Below are positions 1 to 4,732 of a DNA stretch of 8,350 bases, one piece after another. The stretch lies in the IMG/VR virus record IMGVR_UViG_3300031998_001769, positions 1 to 8,350 of that record, one strand, 5' to 3'. Source of the stretch: a virus. The translations under genes and the position numbers were made by a program. Positions within the stretch are counted from its first letter, which is position 1. The number at the start of each line of letters is the position of its first letter. Below the pieces are notes generated by a model. It searched no databases. It was given only the letters and a program-made list of their open reading frames with translations, and was not told where the DNA came from.

Positions 1-357
1 AATGACATATTGCAGGTCTTTCATAGACGGTGAATAGGTTCTATCGTCTACCTGTTGTGACACACCCTGATTTCTCATCTTGTATGCCAATGGTATTTGA
101 ATATCGGCTGTTACCTTATTGATGAGATACGGTTCAATATATTCATCCAACAGGCACTTATAGTCTGTAGCACCTGTAATACTGCCATCCTCTACCAAGT
201 CCATTAACTTGTTATAGAGTTTAGTACCCAAAATAGGCTGTAGACCTGCATCTTGTGCATACTCAATAGCAGGTAGAATGTAGACACCATCTACATTGTT
301 GTTTATAACACTGTTCTTTTTAAGTGTTGCTTCTGAAATTAAAAATACGCGTGCCAT
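1..357 (-). CDS. Partial CDS (first 119 codons; 3' end lies beyond position 1). Putative head-tail connector/adaptor-like protein.
   Basis: My own minus-strand translation from the ATG at 357-355 gives MARVFLISEATLKKNSVINNNVDGVYILPAIEYAQDAGLQPILGTKLYNKLMDLVEDGSITGATDYKCLLDEYIEPYLINKVTADIQIPLAYKMRNQGVSQQVDDRTYSPSMKDLQYVI. The frame stays open to position 1. It is absent from the ORF track, presumably because no stop codon falls inside the window. The ATG lies 1 nt after the portal stop (TAAtATG). The functional guess rests on its position directly after the portal and on an N-terminal pattern reminiscent of gp6/gp15-type connector proteins, from memory only. Confidence 0.55.
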   Translation of the reverse strand, partial: MARVFLISEATLKKNSVINNNVDGVYILPAIEYAQDAGLQPILGTKLYNKLMDLVEDGSITGATDYKCLLDEYIEPYLINKVTADIQIPLAYKMRNQGVSQQVDDRTYSPSMKDLQYVI

Positions 358-358
358 A

Positions 359-1435
359 TTATTCATCCCCCTCTAATGTAAATGGTATTATTTTGATACT
401 CTCATCCACTCCAAACACCTTGTCAAAGGTTCTTTCAAGGTCTTTTTGGATGGGTTTAACGGTTGTTTTGTTGTATAGTTCATAGGCCTCATCAAACTCC
501 TGTTTGTTGAAACCTGTACCCTCTAATGAGTAGCCGAACAATTGCGGTATAGCACGGAATGCAATGAAGATTTCCTTATAGGTATCGGTTCTAAGAGATT
601 GATATTTCTTATCAAAGTTGTCATCCTGAATACGTTCTACAGAAACAGCATTATCTTTGCTGTCATTGAATGCTACAAGGAATTTACCTGCATTGTCAGC
701 ACCCGTGAATTTGGCCTTGATTTTACGTTCAATTTCATCCTGTACGTCATCAGTAGGTATGCCGTTATTCATATTGATGATGAAGTTGCCGCTAAAGTTG
801 TTTAAGATGCTGTTAAGATGGAACTTACTGATTTCAGTACTTGTTTCGATTGCAGACAATGCACCATTATAGCGTGGTATCGGGTAAATACCACGGGAAA
901 CATGACCTTTGAAATAGTACACCTGACTACCACTACGTTTGTTATGGTCAAAGATGTCATACTCTATGTAGTCATTTGCATGTTTAATCCAATCCTCTGA
1001 GTAGTAGATTTTATCACCCTCTTTATTGCGTCTGCAGTTACGGAAGTCCAACCAATAGATTTCATTGATTTCACCTAACTTGTTGTAGATTACTTGGAAT
1101 GCAAAACCACCGAAGATTAACTCATCAACCGTGATTTTCTTGATAATATCTTCCAACGTTTCACCGTCCTTGTTGGCATTGTCTGCCAATCGTTGTATAT
1201 TTGTATTTTGTGCATAAGTAATACCGTTACCGTTGGCATAGTCAGCTGTACCATTTATAATGGATTGCAGCAATGCACTACGCAAATACAACTCCCAAAG
1301 ATAGTTCGGGAATCGGTTATCAACACCATAGTTAATGTATGGTTTGTTGTTATTTTCTTTCTCTACAAAAGTTGGTATTACTTTAACAGGTTGTTCAAAT
1401 ATACTGAATTTCATGTTTTCCTTGTTTTCAGCCAT
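359..1435 (-). CDS. Portal protein (HK97-family-like, compact at 358 aa)
   Basis: The central and C-terminal stretch FHLNSILNNFSGNFIINMNNGIPTDDVQDEIERKIKAKFTGADNAGKFLVAFND...VERIQDDNFDKKYQSLRTDTYKEIFIAFRAIPQLFG follows the motif order I recall for Phage_portal (PF04860). That order is F..nG.., a length-variable segment, f.G..naGk..vl, then d..f..l.......I..af..Pp.L.G. The N-terminal YGVDNRFPNYLWELYLRSALLQSIINGTADYANGNG is also typical of portals. The start overlaps the upstream stop by 8 nt (ATGGCTGA). Confidence 0.75.
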   Translation of the reverse strand: MAENKENMKFSIFEQPVKVIPTFVEKENNNKPYINYGVDNRFPNYLWELYLRSALLQSIINGTADYANGNGITYAQNTNIQRLADNANKDGETLEDIIKKITVDELIFGGFAFQVIYNKLGEINEIYWLDFRNCRRNKEGDKIYYSEDWIKHANDYIEYDIFDHNKRSGSQVYYFKGHVSRGIYPIPRYNGALSAIETSTEISKFHLNSILNNFSGNFIINMNNGIPTDDVQDEIERKIKAKFTGADNAGKFLVAFNDSKDNAVSVERIQDDNFDKKYQSLRTDTYKEIFIAFRAIPQLFGYSLEGTGFNKQEFDEAYELYNKTTVKPIQKDLERTFDKVFGVDESIKIIPFTLEGDE

Positions 1436-1751
1436 TGTATTGTATCTTTTCCTTGTTAAAAGTATTATTTACTATTACTTGTCTTTCGAAGTCTCCAAAC
1501 GTCAATAAACCCACCTCTACAGCGTTTTTAGTACTGTCATACAGAGTGTATGTGTACTCTCCTACATTGAGATTAGTAAGGCTACCTAACGCGAACTTAT
1601 AGTAAAGACTATTGGTAGAAATATTACCACCATTTTCAACTAAAACAACGTCATTTGATAGATTGGATGTCAGCAATAACTTATAATTCCCAACACTTTC
1701 TGTGTGCTTGGGAATAGTGATTGTGCCACTGTTTGAATTGATATAGACCAT
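1428..1751 (-). CDS. Hypothetical small beta-rich virion-module protein (107 aa), function unknown
   Basis: Complete ORF in the operon orientation, rich in Ser/Thr/Asn/Val/Tyr. It contains NLNVGEYTYTLYD...VEVGLLTFG, which suggests a small beta-sandwich. It is coupled to the portal start by an 8-nt overlap. I recognise no family with any certainty. Confidence 0.6.
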   Translation of the reverse strand: MVYINSNSGTITIPKHTESVGNYKLLLTSNLSNDVVLVENGGNISTNSLYYKFALGSLTNLNVGEYTYTLYDSTKNAVEVGLLTFGDFERQVIVNNTFNKEKIQYNG

Positions 1752-1772
1752 TGTTGTTGTAGTTTATGAAAC

Positions 1773-1815
1773 AAATAGGGGAATAAGTAGTAAATACCAA
1801 CCTATCCCCCCATTT
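1773..1815 (-). terminator. Candidate leaky intrinsic terminator/attenuator hairpin downstream of the tube gene
   Basis: The minus-strand RNA AAAUGGGGGGAUAGGU-[11 nt loop]-ACUUAUUCCCCUAUUU can form a 16-bp stem. Pairing runs 1773-1788 with 1815-1800, and the loop is 1789-1799. Three positions (1777/1811, 1782/1806, 1786/1802) are G:U wobbles on the minus-strand RNA but A:C mismatches on the plus strand. The 3' arm runs into UUUGUUU. The hairpin lies between the tube stop (1834) and the next start (1751). Confidence 0.5.
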
Positions 1816-1833
1816 CTTACGTTATTTTTGAAA

Positions 1834-2364
1834 TTATGCAACCGGATCCACGATGCCACTGATTGTAGAAGGGTCAACCTCGTAAGGTAGTTCGTTAGAT
1901 GTATCACTAAGAGTAAGTTCATAGTGGTTAGCATCAGAACTTGCAGTACCTGTGGTGGCACTACCTGCACTACATTCAACGTAGTTGTCCTTACCTAAGT
2001 ACCAATAGTGACCGTTTACATCAAGTACGATAACGGCACATGCGGCCATCATAAGAGACATAATCTCGATACGCTTTGCGGTTTCCATCTTCATAAATTG
2101 CAGACTGACCTCATTAGTGAAGTAAGGGGGTGTGGTATCACTTGTATTAAGCGTCGAAGTCAAACCGCCTGTAGATTTCAACAGTTTGTACTGTTTGAAT
2201 TTCTTACCTGTAACCATAGAAACAGTAAGCAAACTTGTTCCCGTGTTTACAGAAGTGCCTGAAACATCATCATACAAAGCAACCAATACCTCTTTAATAC
2301 CCCCGAATGACGGTTCTTTGCAGATGGTGTTCAAACCTGTTAGTGTATATGAATTACAAGCCAT
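1834..2364 (-). CDS. Candidate major tail (tube) protein, 176 aa
   Basis: A small protein encoded directly after the capsid gene and bracketed by two stable hairpins, which suggests an abundant structural product. The pattern KKFKQYKLLKSTGGLTSTL...PPYFTNEVSLQFMKMETAKRIEIMSL...AVIVLDVNGHYWYLGKDNYVECSAGSATTGTASSDANHYELTLSD resembles siphovirus tube proteins as I remember them (..vi..D.nG.yw.lG...G......tG....d.nGy.l.l). A tape-measure gene in the same operon implies a tube gene exists somewhere. Not verified by any search. Confidence 0.45.
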   Translation of the reverse strand: MACNSYTLTGLNTICKEPSFGGIKEVLVALYDDVSGTSVNTGTSLLTVSMVTGKKFKQYKLLKSTGGLTSTLNTSDTTPPYFTNEVSLQFMKMETAKRIEIMSLMMAACAVIVLDVNGHYWYLGKDNYVECSAGSATTGTASSDANHYELTLSDTSNELPYEVDPSTISGIVDPVA

Positions 2365-2389
2365 AGTTAATTATTCGTTTTTTAATTTA

Positions 2390-2415
2390 GGGGTGTAACC
2401 GTATTGTCACACCCC
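2390..2415 (-). promoter_or_regulatory. GC-rich RNA hairpin between the capsid and tube genes (mRNA stabiliser, processing site or weak terminator)
   Basis: The minus-strand RNA GGGGUGUGAC-AAUACG-GUUACACCCC forms a 10-bp stem with a 6-nt loop. One position is a G:U wobble on the minus-strand RNA but an A:C mismatch on the plus strand. The hairpin lies 29 nt after the capsid stop. The downstream minus-strand sequence is A-rich (UAAAUUAAAAAAC), so there is no canonical U-tract. Confidence 0.45.
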
Positions 2416-2443
2416 ATTTGTTATTTAGAAATAATGACGATGA

Positions 2444-3340
2444 TTAGTCATCAGTCCACTTAGCAACCACGATTTCATCGGGGAATGCTACTTGAACACC
2501 TGCATTGAAGTAGATAGCGAGACGGTACTCTTGGTTGTCTTGGCTGTACCAAAGGTCGAATTTCTCTTCATCACCCTCCATGTCTACACCGAAGTAGATG
2601 TTCTCACCGTCAGCGGCGATAATGTTCTTTTTGGCATTCAAACCTGCTACGCCACGTACCTTAGTACTTGTACCGGGAAGAATGATTTCAAGGTCACTAT
2701 CAACTTTCGGGTCATAGTGATAGAGGTTCTTTGCAGTAAGTTCAAGAACGAGGTCACGGAACTTGTCAATACCCATGAAGATAGACGCACTACCGAGTTT
2801 AGCAGCAGGGATTGCTTTGTAAACTACAAGGGTCTTATCATAGATAGAAGTACCTGTTGCAAGAGAAGCGTTGATGGTGCTTGCAGAAGCAGCGTCAAGG
2901 ATAGCCAAAAGACCGTCCATACCGTCAGTTGCTTTTTCACCGTTCCATACAAGGTTTTCAAGTTTTACACGTACACCGTCAATGATTCCGTTAACGAAAT
3001 CCTCTTCGAAAGGAAGAGACTTTTGACCTGCAGCAACGCGGACTTGATAACCCATCCAATATTTCTCCATTGATTTGTCACAGAATGACATGTTAACCTT
3101 GAAGTTTCCTACCTCAAGAATACGTTGACTGAAAGCGGAACTACCACTCTCATTCCAACCGCATGCAGCACCGTCACCGAAAACTACCTCAGTGTTAAGA
3201 ATGTTCAATGCAGCCGCATGTTTAACACCCGTTTGAAGATTGAAAAATCTTGTAGAGGGTGCAGCAAAAATAGTCTTGCGAATCAACGGAAGACGTTGTT
3301 CGTCAACATAAGTAGTTAAAGCTGAAAGACTTATAGCCAT
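2444..3340 (-). CDS. Major capsid protein (HK97-fold type inferred), 298 aa
   Basis: It follows the protease and scaffold genes, the canonical position for a capsid gene, and its size is typical of a delta-domain-less HK97-fold coat protein. Motifs such as LENLVWNGEKATDGMDGLLAIL and the C-terminal YRLAIYFNAGVQVAFPDEIVV resemble capsid proteins I recall. A stable hairpin follows the gene, as is common after highly expressed coat genes. Confidence 0.75.
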   Translation of the reverse strand: MAISLSALTTYVDEQRLPLIRKTIFAAPSTRFFNLQTGVKHAAALNILNTEVVFGDGAACGWNESGSSAFSQRILEVGNFKVNMSFCDKSMEKYWMGYQVRVAAGQKSLPFEEDFVNGIIDGVRVKLENLVWNGEKATDGMDGLLAILDAASASTINASLATGTSIYDKTLVVYKAIPAAKLGSASIFMGIDKFRDLVLELTAKNLYHYDPKVDSDLEIILPGTSTKVRGVAGLNAKKNIIAADGENIYFGVDMEGDEEKFDLWYSQDNQEYRLAIYFNAGVQVAFPDEIVVAKWTDD

Positions 3341-3373
3341 AGTTAATGTTTAGATTTTACGTTTTTGTTATTT

Positions 3374-4081
3374 TTATTCAAAGTATCTCAATGCACCGCT
3401 TTTGGTCTCTTTCTTAACCTTGTCCTTTGCAGGTTCATCAGCGGACATTTCCAATTGTGCTTGCTTTTCAGCAAGTTCTGCTTCTAATTCAGCAACTTTT
3501 GTTTGCAAGTTAGCAAACTCTTCGGGTTGGATTTCCTCTTTGGGTTCTTCGTCAACAGGTACATATTCAACACGTACCTCTTTTCTCTCACCTAAAGCAA
3601 CCTCACCGTTTTCATCTATTGTCAGGTCATATCTATAGAGGTGTTCAGAATTATCATCTTCCCAAACACTTACGATAGCATGATTGTCAGAGTTCTCTAC
3701 AAGATAACCCCATACACCTGCCTTGTCCAATGCGGAATAGATGTTATTTTGAATTTCCTGATATGACGCTTCGAATTTCTCCTTTACAGCGTTGAATCTG
3801 TCTTTTGCAGAAAGTTCTTGTTCAGGTTCGGGTTCAGGTTCGGGTTCTTGTTCCTCATCATCTTTATCCTTAATCTCAGAAACTTTACCGTCTGCTACAA
3901 CAATGATTTTGTCCTCTGCTACGTATTCACCGTCCTCAGCGGGTACAATCTCATCGTCTTTTTCAACAAATACCTCAACACCCTCGGCCAATTCGGATTC
4001 GATGATAAGTTTTGCCTTGTCAGTCTCAATCTCTGCCAAATGAAGCATTGCTTTCCAAAGTTTCAAAATGTTCTTTGTCAT
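3374..4081 (-). CDS. Putative scaffolding protein (acidic, EP-repeat linker, C-terminal coiled coil), 235 aa
   Basis: It lies between the protease and the capsid gene and is very rich in Glu/Asp. It carries EQEPEPEPEPEQE at residues 77-89. The C-terminal heptad-like helix is FANLQTKVAELEAELAEKQAQLEM. The start lies 10 nt after the protease stop. Confidence 0.55.
   Translation of the reverse strand: MTKNILKLWKAMLHLAEIETDKAKLIIESELAEGVEVFVEKDDEIVPAEDGEYVAEDKIIVVADGKVSEIKDKDDEEQEPEPEPEPEQELSAKDRFNAVKEKFEASYQEIQNNIYSALDKAGVWGYLVENSDNHAIVSVWEDDNSEHLYRYDLTIDENGEVALGERKEVRVEYVPVDEEPKEEIQPEEFANLQTKVAELEAELAEKQAQLEMSADEPAKDKVKKETKSGALRYFE
3815..3853 (-). repeat. In-frame hexanucleotide tandem repeat encoding E-Q-(E-P)x4-E-Q-E
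   Basis: The plus strand reads TTCTTG TTCAGG TTCGGG TTCAGG TTCGGG TTCTTG TTC. On the minus strand this is a GAACCCGAACCT unit repeated twice, flanked by GAACAA on both sides. Confidence 0.9.
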
Positions 4082-4091
4082 AGTTTGGTTT

Positions 4092-4688
4092 TTATTTTTC
4101 GTTTAGTTGTTTTTCAAGCCACTCATCAAAGGTTTCCTCTTTCGGTTGTGTGGTCTGTGCCATGAATTTTTCTTCCAATTGGAACATACCCTGCAGGGAG
4201 AAACCATTCAATTTGTCACCTGATATTATTTCATTCCATAGGTCATCGTTTTCTACCTTATATGATGCAACCCAACTACCGTCAGGAATATCGGCAAACT
4301 CTTCGGGAGATATACCGCGTTCCTTGTTGGTAATGTAGGATTCAATCATATAAATACCATCTACAAATTGTTGGTCGTCATGTTGCAAATTTACCGACTT
4401 AAACAAGTCCATTTTGGCAAATTTTTCTACCATCTTCTGAATGGTGTCCTTTGAAAATACTACCCAATATTCGCCAAATTTGTTGTCATATCTGTAAATA
4501 GGGGTATCAGCGAGACAAACGACACCCGTAATGATGTGCTTTGTATCATCAAATTGCATCTTTACAGGCTGTTTATTCTCACTGAAACATAAGAAATCTT
4601 TCTCAACAGCGGGGGATTCTACCAAACTGATAGCATCAACACCCGTCATATCTTCATCGTTAACTACAATGTAAAATATTTTCTTCAT
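4092..4688 (-). CDS. XkdF-like putative prohead (serine) protease, 198 aa
   Basis: The motif order matches what I recall of Bacillus PBSX XkdF (Pfam Peptidase_S78_2). The motifs are AISLVESPAVEKDF (an ISxVDxxA-type N-terminus), IITGVV, NLQHD, IESYI, DGSWVASYKV, LWNEI and NGFSLQG. The gene sits immediately upstream of the scaffold and capsid genes. Confidence 0.65.
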   Translation of the reverse strand: MKKIFYIVVNDEDMTGVDAISLVESPAVEKDFLCFSENKQPVKMQFDDTKHIITGVVCLADTPIYRYDNKFGEYWVVFSKDTIQKMVEKFAKMDLFKSVNLQHDDQQFVDGIYMIESYITNKERGISPEEFADIPDGSWVASYKVENDDLWNEIISGDKLNGFSLQGMFQLEEKFMAQTTQPKEETFDEWLEKQLNEK

Positions 4689-4732
4689 AAGATAATCTCT
4701 CTAATACTAATATATTATTTAGGCTTGAAACG

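Noticed and set aside
366-373. SD-like GAGGGGGA located 8 nt upstream of the ATG of ORF 1..357
   Set aside because: It lies within the portal coding sequence (codons for L-E-G-D-E) and is the only such element in the window. I note it as a possible coupling signal but do not call it a separate regulatory feature.
1764-1979. A minus-strand 71-aa ORF overlapping the 3' end of the tube gene and running through the intergenic hairpin. I considered it as a programmed-frameshift C-terminal extension of the tube protein, as occurs in some siphoviruses.
   Set aside because: The alternative frame would add only about 23 residues past the tube stop (FKNNVRNGGIGWYLLLIPLFVS) and shows off-frame-like composition. 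I saw no convincing slippery site, and the region is better explained by the hairpin.
4689-4732. Possible sigma70-like promoter (TTTCAA ... TATTAG) and an AT-only palindrome (TAATATATTA) in the spacer between the TMP and the protease gene
   Set aside because: The matches to consensus are weak. The palindrome is all A/T, so its stability is negligible. I found no Bacteroidota-type TAnnTTTG motif. Co-transcription with the upstream genes is the simpler reading.
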